Positions 24,601 to 33,699 of a stretch of DNA of 64,000 nucleotides are shown here, piece after piece (the stretch's first letter is position 1; each line of letters begins with the position of its first letter). The stretch is from the NCBI RefSeq assembly GCF_000737315.1, contig NZ_JMCB01000001.1, positions 806,001-870,000 of the forward strand, read 5' to 3'. The position numbers and the translations under genes are program-made. The notes under the pieces are model-generated. The model ran no database searches, was not told where the DNA came from, and worked only from the letters and a program-made list of their open reading frames with translations. Origin of the DNA: Hyalangium minutum. Its GTDB lineage: Bacteria; Myxococcota; Myxococcia; Myxococcales; Myxococcaceae.

Positions 24601-26757
24601 ATGCGCGGCCCCGCTCCCACTTCTGCCTTTGACGCGACGCGTGCGGCCCATCGGCGGGCGTGGCCGGGGGTGCTGTGCCTGACCGTCCTCTCGCTGACAG
24701 TGGCCTGCATCGATGGGGAACCCTCGGAGCCTGTGCCGCCTCCCCCAGAAAACCCAGATGGGGGTGGATGCCAGCCGAAGACGTGTCAGCAGCTCGGCTT
24801 CGACTGCGGCGAAGTGGCCAGTGACGGATGCGGAGGAACGCTGAACTGCGGCACGTGCGTGGCCCCCTCCACATGCGGAGGCGGAGGCAAAGCCAACGTG
24901 TGCGGCTGCAAGCCCCGCACGCAGTGCACCTTCGAAGAGGGCGAGTGCGGCGTCGCGCCTGACGGCTGCGGTGGGTTCGTCTCCTGCGGCACGTGCCCGG
25001 AGCCGGAGGTCTGTGGCGCGCGAGGCCAGGCCAACACGTGCGGCATCCCCTCCGCCGAGCGCTATTGCACCGTGGATGGCTGGTGCTGGGAGTACCCGCT
25101 GCCGCACGGCAACACGATCTATGGCGCGCACTTCCGCGCGGCGGATGACGGGTGGGCGGTGGGCGAGGAGGGGCACGTCCAGCACTGGGATGGAACGAAG
25201 TGGTCCCAGGTGACCAGCGGGACACTCGCCCCGCTGCGCGGCGTGCATGCGACGGCAGCGAATGACGTGTGGGCCGTGGGCGACACGGGCACGCTGCTGC
25301 GCAACCAGGGCAGCGGCTTCCAGAAGCTGGACGCGGGCACGCCTCAGAACCTGCTGTCCGTGTGGGCCGCGAGCGTGGCGGACGTGTGGACGGTGGGCGC
25401 CAAGGGCACGCTGCTGCGCAACCAGGGCAGTGGCTTCCAGAAGCTGGACGCGGGCACCGCGAGGGACGTGCGAGACGTGTGGGGCAGCGGCCCGAACGAT
25501 GTCTGGATGGTGGGCAACGCGGGCCTGGTCATGCGCCATGACGGCAGCGGCCTGACCACCGTGAGCACCTCTTCGCTGGATGGAGGCGTCTCCGAGGATC
25601 TCTACGAGGTGACGGGCACGGGTCCGCAGGACGTGTGGGCGGTGACCTCGGATGACCCCTGCCTCTTCTGCCTGGATTACGGGGCCGTGTACCGGCTCAC
25701 GCCGCAGGGGATGTCGCAGAGCTTCTACGGACCGGATCAGCTGTTCCACATCTTCGCGGCGGCACCGAATCACGTGCTCACGGTGGGCGAGGACTCGCGC
25801 TACCTGTGGAACGGGAACACCTGGCGGGAGACGAGCGTGGGGCGCGATGGCGTCCTCGCAGGCACGGCGCCCGAGGACGTGTGGCTCCTGGGCGCGAATG
25901 GCCTGATCCAGCGGTGGTCCGGCACCTCGTGGACGACGAAGGTGCCGACGCGCCTGCTGGGAGAGGTCCGGGACATCCACGGCAGCTCGGCTACGAACGT
26001 GTGGGCGGTGGACACCGAGGGCAATGCACTGTTCTGGAACGGCGGGGGCTGGCGAGAGCTGAAGGCGGACACGTTCGATGACAACAGCGAGGGCGTCTAT
26101 ACGGCCTCGCCGACGGCCACGTGGGTGGTGTTCGAGGGCATCTCCAGCTCGGACAACGTCATCTATCTCTGGAATGGCACGGCCTTCACGAAGGAACTCG
26201 ATGGGAATGCCAGCAGCCTCTACGGCATCCACGGCTCGTCGGAGACGGACGTGTGGGCCGTGGGTGAGTCCGGCACGGCCTTGCATCGGACAGCGGCCGG
26301 GTGGACGCCGCAGCCGACGGGCGCGGGGGCGACGCTGCACGATGTGTGGGTGAGCCCCGGAATGGCGGTCGCGGTGGGCGACTCGGGCACCATCATGCGG
26401 TGGGACGGAACGGCGTGGACCGGCATGAACTCGGGCACGAGCTCGTCACTGCGCACCGTGTGGGGGAGCAGCCCTACGGACATCTGGGCGGCTGGAGCGG
26501 GTGGCATCCTGCTCCGCTACAACGGGACAGCCTGGCTCCCAGCTTCGAGCGGTACGACGTCCACGCTGAACGCACTGTGGGGTACCGGGCCCGCGGATGT
26601 CTGGGCGGCGGGGGCGGGCGGCACGCTGCTGCACTTCAATGGGACGCAGTGGAGCCGCGTGTCCACGGGCACTCGCCGTGCACTGACTGCAGGGTGGTCC
26701 TCCTCCACCACGGACGTGTGGGTGGGCGGAGACACGGCCATCTTCCACAAGCCCTGA
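24601..26757 (+). CDS. Lipoprotein with Cys-rich repeats and about 14 WD40/YVTN-like beta-propeller blades
   Basis: AGGAGG Shine-Dalgarno; LTVAC lipobox; two 8-Cys units; repeated L-x-x-V-W-G-S-x-x-x-D-V-W-A-V-G blades. Confidence 0.85.
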   Translation: MRGPAPTSAFDATRAAHRRAWPGVLCLTVLSLTVACIDGEPSEPVPPPPENPDGGGCQPKTCQQLGFDCGEVASDGCGGTLNCGTCVAPSTCGGGGKANVCGCKPRTQCTFEEGECGVAPDGCGGFVSCGTCPEPEVCGARGQANTCGIPSAERYCTVDGWCWEYPLPHGNTIYGAHFRAADDGWAVGEEGHVQHWDGTKWSQVTSGTLAPLRGVHATAANDVWAVGDTGTLLRNQGSGFQKLDAGTPQNLLSVWAASVADVWTVGAKGTLLRNQGSGFQKLDAGTARDVRDVWGSGPNDVWMVGNAGLVMRHDGSGLTTVSTSSLDGGVSEDLYEVTGTGPQDVWAVTSDDPCLFCLDYGAVYRLTPQGMSQSFYGPDQLFHIFAAAPNHVLTVGEDSRYLWNGNTWRETSVGRDGVLAGTAPEDVWLLGANGLIQRWSGTSWTTKVPTRLLGEVRDIHGSSATNVWAVDTEGNALFWNGGGWRELKADTFDDNSEGVYTASPTATWVVFEGISSSDNVIYLWNGTAFTKELDGNASSLYGIHGSSETDVWAVGESGTALHRTAAGWTPQPTGAGATLHDVWVSPGMAVAVGDSGTIMRWDGTAWTGMNSGTSSSLRTVWGSSPTDIWAAGAGGILLRYNGTAWLPASSGTTSTLNALWGTGPADVWAAGAGGTLLHFNGTQWSRVSTGTRRALTAGWSSSTTDVWVGGDTAIFHKP
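24769..25044 (+). repeat. Two tandem 46-aa Cys-rich units (8 Cys each)
   Basis: CQPKTCQQLGFDCGEVASDGCGGTLNCGTCVAPSTCGGGGKANVCG and CKPRTQCTFEEGECGVAPDGCGGFVSCGTCPEPEVCGARGQANTCG. Confidence 0.85.
25287..25457 (+). repeat. 54-nt direct repeat (53/54 identical), 117-nt period
   Basis: GGGCACGCTGCTGCGCAACCAGGGCAG[C/T]GGCTTCCAGAAGCTGGACGCGGGCAC at 25287 and 25404. Confidence 0.9.
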
Positions 26758-26883
26758 GCGCGCGGGGCGCGGCGAAGCCATCCTTACTGGGGGCCCAGGA
26801 GCCACTTGACCCGGCGGGTCGGCTTGACCGCTACGCGCGGCAGGTCCTTTCCGGTGACGACACGCGCTGACAGGCTCGTCTCC

Positions 26884-28293
26884 ATGCCGCGCCTGCCCTC
26901 TCTGGCGATCCTCGTCCTGCTGTCCTCCGTGTTGCTGGGCGGATCCTGCTCCGAGCCCAAGGCCGTTCCCCTTGAGGAACTTCAGAAGGACATTGCTCCG
27001 CCCTTCGACTACTCCCTGTACTGCGACGAGGATGGCACTCTGCTGGGAGACCGCTCCGCGGTTCTCCTCGTCTACCGCGCCTCGCACCTCGAGCGCGTGT
27101 ACGGAGACGCCCTGGCGGGCAATCCTCGTGCACAGGCCCTCTTCGGGCAGTTGGAGACTGCAGTCAGCCGCACGGGCATGGAGATGGCCAAACAGTCCCT
27201 CGGGATTGCCTGCGGGTCCCTGCCAGCCTGCGTGGTGCAGTGGCACAAGCTGGACGAGTTCCTGCCCTCGCGAGGAGAGGGGGGCCTGCGCCTGCGGCAG
27301 GTGATGGCCGATAGCTTCTCCAGGGCGGCCATGCTCCAGCACGTGAGCAATACCACCGTCTCCGCTGTGCTCGACGTCCTGCTGGTGGGCACCGTCCTCA
27401 AGCGCGGCGCAGTGGGAGCCGCAGGGACCGAGGCGGCGGTAGCGGAAGCCAGAGCATTGGCAGCCGAGACGTCGGTCGCTCCGGTGGAAGCCGGGAGACT
27501 GGCCGTGGCGGGCCTGGAGGTACGCCTGGCGGCGGAAGAACTCCCAGCGCTCGAGGCCCGTATCGTAGAGGAGGAGGCCCTCGCGACAGCCGCACGCCAC
27601 CCGCCACGTCTAGAAGCGCTCACGCGTTACCGTCCCTCTGCTTCCCAGCCGCCTCCGGGGGTACAGGCAGACCACCCGCGCTGGACCAGCTACGTGGCCT
27701 ACTGGCACCGATGCTACGAGGAACTGGCCGGTACACGCCCTCTTCCCCCGAGAGCGCTCGAAGCCAAACCCCCGCTCGCCTGGGACAGCTACTCGGCCCT
27801 GCTCGATAGGTTCCAGCGATCGCTGGAATTTCAGCGGAGCGTCACACGGAAGCTCCAGCAACCAGGCTCCTCAAAAGGCTCGACGGTATGGCTGCCGGAC
27901 ATGAAACAGCCTCTGATTACCGACAATACAGGTCTCCAGCTCGAGAGCCGGGCCCATCCCGTCTATGTGGATCAGCTCGCCGTAGACCAAGCCACCCTCG
28001 GCCCGGGCCTCCGCCCTTCCGTCCACACCTTCAGCAATAAACAACGCAACTTCTCGACTCTGAGCGTTGATGAGGCCCTCAGACAGTACAGGGCGGATCT
28101 CCAAGAGGTCCAAGCCAAGTACAGCGGCGTCGTGGAGGTGCGCAGGCCCGGCCACCCCCTCTTCCAGCAGAAGGTGGAGATCTCCCAGGCGCATATCGTC
28201 TATGACGGGAAGCTGGTGCCTCCTCCCATCCGAACAGGGCTCTCCCAGTATGCGCGATCGAGAGGAGCCGCCCTCCACTTCCATGACCCCTGA
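26884..28293 (+). CDS. Lipoprotein-like candidate polymorphic toxin with putative PD-(D/E)xK-like C-terminal nuclease
   Basis: Signal MPRLPSLAILVLLSSVLLGGSC (non-canonical lipobox); hydrophobic helix plus Ala/Glu linker; C-terminal YVDQL...TFSNKQRNF; overlaps the next gene by 11 nt. Confidence 0.6.
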   Translation: MPRLPSLAILVLLSSVLLGGSCSEPKAVPLEELQKDIAPPFDYSLYCDEDGTLLGDRSAVLLVYRASHLERVYGDALAGNPRAQALFGQLETAVSRTGMEMAKQSLGIACGSLPACVVQWHKLDEFLPSRGEGGLRLRQVMADSFSRAAMLQHVSNTTVSAVLDVLLVGTVLKRGAVGAAGTEAAVAEARALAAETSVAPVEAGRLAVAGLEVRLAAEELPALEARIVEEEALATAARHPPRLEALTRYRPSASQPPPGVQADHPRWTSYVAYWHRCYEELAGTRPLPPRALEAKPPLAWDSYSALLDRFQRSLEFQRSVTRKLQQPGSSKGSTVWLPDMKQPLITDNTGLQLESRAHPVYVDQLAVDQATLGPGLRPSVHTFSNKQRNFSTLSVDEALRQYRADLQEVQAKYSGVVEVRRPGHPLFQQKVEISQAHIVYDGKLVPPPIRTGLSQYARSRGAALHFHDP

Positions 28294-29623
28294 CGCGTGG
28301 AACAAGCAGGACGACTTCATCCTCGCCCTCGTCTCTCCCGCCCGGCCCTTGGCCCAGGGCTTCGATGGATTGGAGCCCGTGCTCGATGTCATCGAGGCGC
28401 TTGAACCGGAACTTCGCCCGGACAGCATGTACCTGACAACCCGGCGCCTCCCGTACTCGCGCAGGACGCTCCGCAAGCGGCTCGCCGAGTCCTTTGCCCT
28501 CAACGGCCACAGCATCAACCTCACACGCTCAGTGCCACCGCAGGTCAGCTTGTGGCTCAATACCTTTGAAGGCCAGAGCCCAGGCTGCGGCATCGATCTG
28601 AGGATCAGCCCCTTTGCATTCGTCCAGGAGCCCGAACAGCTCCAGAGGCGAACTGGACAACTCGTCTCCTTTGTCCGTGCGCTGGCCTCCTGCCTCCCGC
28701 TGTCCTTCGGATTGGGACACAGCTTCACGGATCTCAGCCTGGGAACTGATCCGCGCCTGCAGGGCACGAGCGTGGCCATGCCCATCCCTGAGGTCTTCTG
28801 GCTCAACGTGTACGGCCCGACCATGGTGCAGGCCATCGGCCGCGAGCGCCTGCTGTCGGTCCCAGCGACTCAGATGGAGGAACTGCCCGGTGGCGCCGTC
28901 CTCTGGCTCACCCGTCCCACTCCCGCTGACTTCGACTCCGAAGAGGCCCGCCTCGCCCAGGCTCGCGCCCTCGTCCACCTCCGCCCGGAGCTCAGCCTGG
29001 ACTCCACTCTGGCGACCCTCCGCCAACGCTCGCTCGAGCTCACCTCCATCCCCATGGAGTTCGACCCGGACGTTGCCGACATTCTGCGCTTGGAGGTGGA
29101 CTTCCAGGGCGTGCTCGGCGGCAAGCGCAAGAATGTCGAGCGATTCAACCGCTACCGCCCTCCCGCCGTCTCCGAGTGGCTCCCTGCCTCCCAAGCCCCC
29201 GCCCCGGATGTAGACGATGTGAAGGCCTCCATCGACACCTACGAGCACCTCTACGCCGAGCAGCTCATTGCCCTGTTCCACTCGGATGTGCCCCAAGTCA
29301 CAGAAGGCACCCTGGAGGCCTTGCCTCGCCTCGACTGGCACCTGTGGCACTCCGGTTTAGCCAAGAACCTCTCCCAGCAGCAGCGAGAGACCCTCATTCC
29401 CGCGCTGGGCGCCTTCCTGGGCCGCTACCTGGTGGATGTGCTTGGCGGCCGCTGGGTGCCGCGAAAGGAGCTGGAGGAGGCCGCCGTGGTGGTGGGTGAC
29501 AGAGCCTGGCTGCCCTTCCTTCGCGCTCGCCATGCCCTCCAGGGACCGGAGGCCCCGCTGGACTTCTCCTGCTCCCAGTTCTTCCTCACCGCCCAGCGCC
29601 TCGCTGGTTCTCACGCACATTGA
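28283..29623 (+). CDS. Cytoplasmic protein, putative cognate immunity protein
   Basis: No signal peptide; ATG 28283 inside the toxin 3' end; EVFWLNVYGP...MEELPGGAVLWL resembles immunity-family patterns (Imm52/DUF3396-like, by recall). Confidence 0.6.
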   Translation: MTPDAWNKQDDFILALVSPARPLAQGFDGLEPVLDVIEALEPELRPDSMYLTTRRLPYSRRTLRKRLAESFALNGHSINLTRSVPPQVSLWLNTFEGQSPGCGIDLRISPFAFVQEPEQLQRRTGQLVSFVRALASCLPLSFGLGHSFTDLSLGTDPRLQGTSVAMPIPEVFWLNVYGPTMVQAIGRERLLSVPATQMEELPGGAVLWLTRPTPADFDSEEARLAQARALVHLRPELSLDSTLATLRQRSLELTSIPMEFDPDVADILRLEVDFQGVLGGKRKNVERFNRYRPPAVSEWLPASQAPAPDVDDVKASIDTYEHLYAEQLIALFHSDVPQVTEGTLEALPRLDWHLWHSGLAKNLSQQQRETLIPALGAFLGRYLVDVLGGRWVPRKELEEAAVVVGDRAWLPFLRARHALQGPEAPLDFSCSQFFLTAQRLAGSHAH

Positions 29624-29736
29624 GTCGTGCTGCAAACGCGCCGTGGGGCACCGTGCCTACGGACATCTGGTCGGCAAGGGCCGGTGGTACGCGCTTCTTC
29701 ACCGTAGTTTTGGGATGCGATCGCCGCTGGCAGGAT

Positions 29737-30849
29737 CTATCCCCCCACCTGCGCGAGTGCGGACTCGTACGCCTCCAAGGTCCGCTCGGCGGCACGCTTC
29801 CAGGTGAACTGCTCGGCGCGCCGCCGCCCCTTCTCCGCCCAGCTGCGCCGCTCCTCGGGTGAGCGCAGAAGTTGGTCGATCACCTCCGCCAACCCTTCCG
29901 CGTCATCCGGGCGAACCGCAGGCGCCGCATCGCCACACACCTCCGGCAACGCGCCTGCATTCGAGACGATCGTGGCCGTCCCCAGTCGCATGGCCTCCAG
30001 CGGGGGCAGCCCGAACCCTTCCCCTAGGGACGGAAACACGAAGACCGCCGCGCGCCGCATCAGCTCGTAGAAGACCGGAGCGGACTGGTAACCCAGCGGG
30101 CGGATGTCGAAGCCCTCTGCCCGCATCCGCCCCACCCGCGTCTCCACCGGACCCGAGCCAAACCAGCTCTGCCCCGCCAGCACCAGCGACGCCTTCTTCC
30201 CCTGAGCCCTCAGGCGCTCCAGCGCGTCCAGTACCAGGCTCACGTTCTTGCGCACGTCCAGCGAGCCCGCGTACAGCACGAAGTCCTTGGGCAGCGCCAG
30301 CGCCCGCACGAACGCCTCGCCCGTGAGGTCCAGTCGCTCGGCGTCCACATGATCCACGCCGTTGTGCACCACCAGCGTGCGCCCGGTTGCCTCGGGGAAA
30401 CGCGCGAGGAGTTCATCCTCCGTATGAGCGCTGACACAGATCACCCGGTCGGCGACCCTCAGGCTGCGCGACAGCCACAGGCGGAACTGCCACCGGAACG
30501 CCGTGGACACCGTCTCCCGCATCGTCAACGGGAGCAGATCATGCACGGTGACGACGTACGCTTTGCCGGGTACGCGCGTGAGCGGGAGGTTGAAGTTGCC
30601 CAGTGCGTGGAACAGCCGCGCCTGTGATGCCCTCAGGTCCCTCGGAAGGTGGGCCAGCGCATAGCCCGTGCGGCCCATCTGTCCCCGAGGGTGCTCGCCT
30701 GATACCCGAGCGCCGAAGCGCTCCAGGGTCACTCCGAATCCCTCCAGGGAGGAGGCCAGACACCGGGTGTAGAGACCGATCCCCGTGGTGGGCTCGTCCC
30801 AGAGGCTCGCGTCGAAAGCAATGGGCCCGATGGACACGGGGCGCCTCAT
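29737..30849 (-). CDS. GT4 glycosyltransferase (WbpY/MtfB-like)
   Basis: TGIGLY, VTVHDL, GSLDVRKN, FVFPSLGEGFGLPPLEAMRLG. Confidence 0.9.
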   Translation of the reverse strand: MRRPVSIGPIAFDASLWDEPTTGIGLYTRCLASSLEGFGVTLERFGARVSGEHPRGQMGRTGYALAHLPRDLRASQARLFHALGNFNLPLTRVPGKAYVVTVHDLLPLTMRETVSTAFRWQFRLWLSRSLRVADRVICVSAHTEDELLARFPEATGRTLVVHNGVDHVDAERLDLTGEAFVRALALPKDFVLYAGSLDVRKNVSLVLDALERLRAQGKKASLVLAGQSWFGSGPVETRVGRMRAEGFDIRPLGYQSAPVFYELMRRAAVFVFPSLGEGFGLPPLEAMRLGTATIVSNAGALPEVCGDAAPAVRPDDAEGLAEVIDQLLRSPEERRSWAEKGRRRAEQFTWKRAAERTLEAYESALAQVGG

Positions 30850-30879
30850 ACCACGGGCCTGTGATAGGCAAGGCGCCCC

Positions 30880-33123
30880 ATGGCAGTCCATCAGCTGATT
30901 CCCAGCTTCGTCCCGGGTGATGCCACCGGCCAGGCCGCGCTGCACCTGCAGCTGCTCCTGCGCCGCATGGGCCACTTCGGCGAGCTCTACGCGGGCGAAG
31001 TGGGCGCTGGCCTCGAGTCCCTCGCAAACCCCGTCTCAGCCCTCCGCCCCACCCCCGAGGACCTCGTCCTCTACCACCACGGCATTGCCTCCCCGCTGAG
31101 CGGCCTCCTGATGCACCTGCCCTGCCGCCGCGGGCTCGTCTTCCACAACATCAGCCCCGCCCGCTTCTACACCGGCACCCCGCTGGCCGAGGCCCTCACC
31201 TCCGGCCGTGCCCAGCTCGCCGCCATGGCTCCCTTCGTGGAGGTGGCCATCGGCGTCTCGGACTTCAACAGCGCGGAGCTGCGCGCCGCCGGCTACCGCA
31301 AGGTCCACACCGTCCCACTCTTCATCGAGCCCGACCGCTTCTCCCTGGCCAACGCGGACCCCGCCCTCCTCCAGCGCCTCCAAGGCCCCAGCCCCACGGT
31401 CCTCAGCGTGAGCCGCGTGGCCCCCCACAAGCGCTTCGAGGATCTCCTCGCGCTCCACGCGGAGCTGGTGCGCCTGCGCCCCGATGCCCGCCTCCTGCTT
31501 GTCGGCGGCTACGAGCCCGGCAGCCGCTACTTCAAGTCTCTGCAGCGCACCGCCAAGAGCCTGCCCGGCGTCTACTTCTTGGGCCGGCTGAGCCACTCGG
31601 AGCTCGTCGCTGCCTACCGCTCCGCGCAGGTCTTCGTCTCCATGAGCGAGCACGAGGGCTTCGGCGTCCCGCTCGTCGAGGCCATGGCTGCCGAGGTGCC
31701 TGTGCTCGCTTTCGGCGCCGCCGCCGTGCCGGAAACACTCGGCGGTGCGGGCATCGCCTTCGATCAGAAGCACTTCTCCTTCCTCTCCGAGCTGGTCGTC
31801 GAGGTCACCGAGAACACCGACCTGCGCCAGCGCCTGCTCCAAGGCCAGGCCCGGCGCCTCGCCCACTTCTCCGCGGAGAACAGCCAGCAGGCCCTCACCA
31901 AGGCACTCGGCGAAACGGCCTCTCCCCGCCCCAAGCCTCGCCGGCCTGCCCGAAAGCCGAAGCGCCCCCGCGTGGGCATCGTGGTGCAGCGCTACGGCGA
32001 GGTGACGGGAGGCGCCGAGCGCCACGCCCAGCAGCTCGCCGAGCACCTCGCGCCTCACTGGGACCTCACGCTCCTCACCACCTGCGCGAAGAACCACCTC
32101 TCCTGGGAGAACGTCTTCCCGCCGGGGCCCGACGAGGTGGACGGGCTGCCGGTGCTGCGCTTCCCGGTGACACGCACGCGCAACATCCGCCCCTTCAACG
32201 CCCTGTCCAACACCGTCTTCAACCGGCCCAACGAGCGGCTCCGCGAGGAGCACTGGGTGGCCGAGCAGGGCCCGCTGTCCCCCGCCCTGCTCTCGCACCT
32301 CGAGACGGCCCGGGACGCCTACGACGCCTTCGTCTTCTTCACCTATCTCTACGCGCCCACCGTCTGGGGCCTGCCCATGGTGGCGAACCGGACGATGCTC
32401 GTGCCCACCGCGCACGACGAGCCCCCCATCCGCTTCGGCACCTACGCGGACGTCTTCGAGCGTCCCCGCGTTCTCATGTGCAACACCCCAGAGGAAGTCT
32501 CCCTCATCGAGCGCTTCTACCCGAAGCACGCGCGCGCCCGGGTCGTTGGCGTGGGAGTGGACCGGCCCAAGGCCACGCCCCAGAACTTCCGCGAGAAGCA
32601 CGGCATCCACCGCCCCTACCTGCTCTACGTGGGCCGCCTGGAGCCCGGAAAGGGCATCCCCGAGCTGCTCTCGCACCACCGCGCACTGAAGGACCGGTAC
32701 GCGGACGCGCCGGACCTCGTCCTCGCGGGTGAGGCCCACATGGACCTGTCCGGCGAGGGCGTGCGCTACGTGGGCCGCATCGACGAACAGGACAAGCACG
32801 ACGCCCTGGCCGGAGCGCTCGCGGTGGTGGTGCCCTCGCGCTTCGAGAGCCTGTCGCTGCTCACCTTGGAGGCCTTCGCCCAGTCGACGCCGGTGCTCGT
32901 CAATGGACACTCCGACGTGCTGGTGGGCCAAGTGGAGCGCAGCGGGGCCGGCCGGGCGTACAAGGATCTGGAGTCGTTCATCCACGGCCTGCGCGAGGTG
33001 GGCACCGAGCGAGCCACCATGGGCCAGAAGGGCCTCGCCTACGCGAAGAAATACTCCTGGACGAAGGTGGTGGCCGCCTACCAGGAAGAGCTGGATCGCA
33101 TCCTCGAGGAGAAGCACTCATGA
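30880..33123 (+). CDS. Double-domain GT4 glycosyltransferase
   Basis: Two GT-B modules: SRVAPHKRFEDL...SEHEGFGVPLVEAM and VGRLEPGKG...PSRFESLSLLTLEAF. Confidence 0.9.
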   Translation: MAVHQLIPSFVPGDATGQAALHLQLLLRRMGHFGELYAGEVGAGLESLANPVSALRPTPEDLVLYHHGIASPLSGLLMHLPCRRGLVFHNISPARFYTGTPLAEALTSGRAQLAAMAPFVEVAIGVSDFNSAELRAAGYRKVHTVPLFIEPDRFSLANADPALLQRLQGPSPTVLSVSRVAPHKRFEDLLALHAELVRLRPDARLLLVGGYEPGSRYFKSLQRTAKSLPGVYFLGRLSHSELVAAYRSAQVFVSMSEHEGFGVPLVEAMAAEVPVLAFGAAAVPETLGGAGIAFDQKHFSFLSELVVEVTENTDLRQRLLQGQARRLAHFSAENSQQALTKALGETASPRPKPRRPARKPKRPRVGIVVQRYGEVTGGAERHAQQLAEHLAPHWDLTLLTTCAKNHLSWENVFPPGPDEVDGLPVLRFPVTRTRNIRPFNALSNTVFNRPNERLREEHWVAEQGPLSPALLSHLETARDAYDAFVFFTYLYAPTVWGLPMVANRTMLVPTAHDEPPIRFGTYADVFERPRVLMCNTPEEVSLIERFYPKHARARVVGVGVDRPKATPQNFREKHGIHRPYLLYVGRLEPGKGIPELLSHHRALKDRYADAPDLVLAGEAHMDLSGEGVRYVGRIDEQDKHDALAGALAVVVPSRFESLSLLTLEAFAQSTPVLVNGHSDVLVGQVERSGAGRAYKDLESFIHGLREVGTERATMGQKGLAYAKKYSWTKVVAAYQEELDRILEEKHS

Positions 33124-33581
33124 AGCTGTTGGGCCGAGACATCCCCGCGCGTGAGCTGATCACCCGTATCGAGGAGCGCCTGCGCTCGCGAGGCCTCCCC
33201 ACCTCCGAGGCCTCCGAAGTGCCTGAAGAGGGCGTGGAGCCCCGCGTGGACCCGCTGTCCTTCTACCTCCAGTCCCTGGAGGAGCACGCGGACCCCACGC
33301 AGCCGATGCCGCTGCACACGCACCGGGGCGGCGTGGGCCAGCTCGTCGTGGTGGCCAAGTGGGCCTTCCGCAAGACGTGCCAGGTGCTCATCAACGAGAC
33401 GCTCTCCCGCCAGCGCGTCTTCAACGGCCACGTCCGGGATTCCTACGCCCAGCTCTCCGCCGAGGTCCTCCGCCTGCGGCGCGAAGTGGAGGAGCTGAGG
33501 GCCGCCCAGGCGTCCGCCACCCCTCCGCCCGAGCCCCCCATCGTCCCCGTGCGTCCCCGCCGGCCCAAGACCCCCAAGTAG
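33120..33581 (+). CDS. Coiled-coil hypothetical protein in the glycosylation operon
   Basis: ATGA overlap with the upstream stop; THRGGVGQLVVVAKWAFRK...LSRQRVFN...LSAEVLRLRREVEEL. Confidence 0.75.
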   Translation: MKLLGRDIPARELITRIEERLRSRGLPTSEASEVPEEGVEPRVDPLSFYLQSLEEHADPTQPMPLHTHRGGVGQLVVVAKWAFRKTCQVLINETLSRQRVFNGHVRDSYAQLSAEVLRLRREVEELRAAQASATPPPEPPIVPVRPRRPKTPK

Positions 33582-33699
33582 GCTCCCGCCCGCGGGACGA
33601 GCAGGAGGGCAAGGGCCGTCTCCTCTGAGTACGAGCCACTCCGCCCAGCTTGAAGCGCCCGGCACCGGGCGGCTATAGACCCCTCCGAGGCACTCCCAC

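Noticed and set aside
25287-25457. CRISPR array
   Set aside because: There are only two copies, in frame inside a CDS with a 117-nt period. No cas genes or repeat-spacer arrays were seen anywhere in the window.
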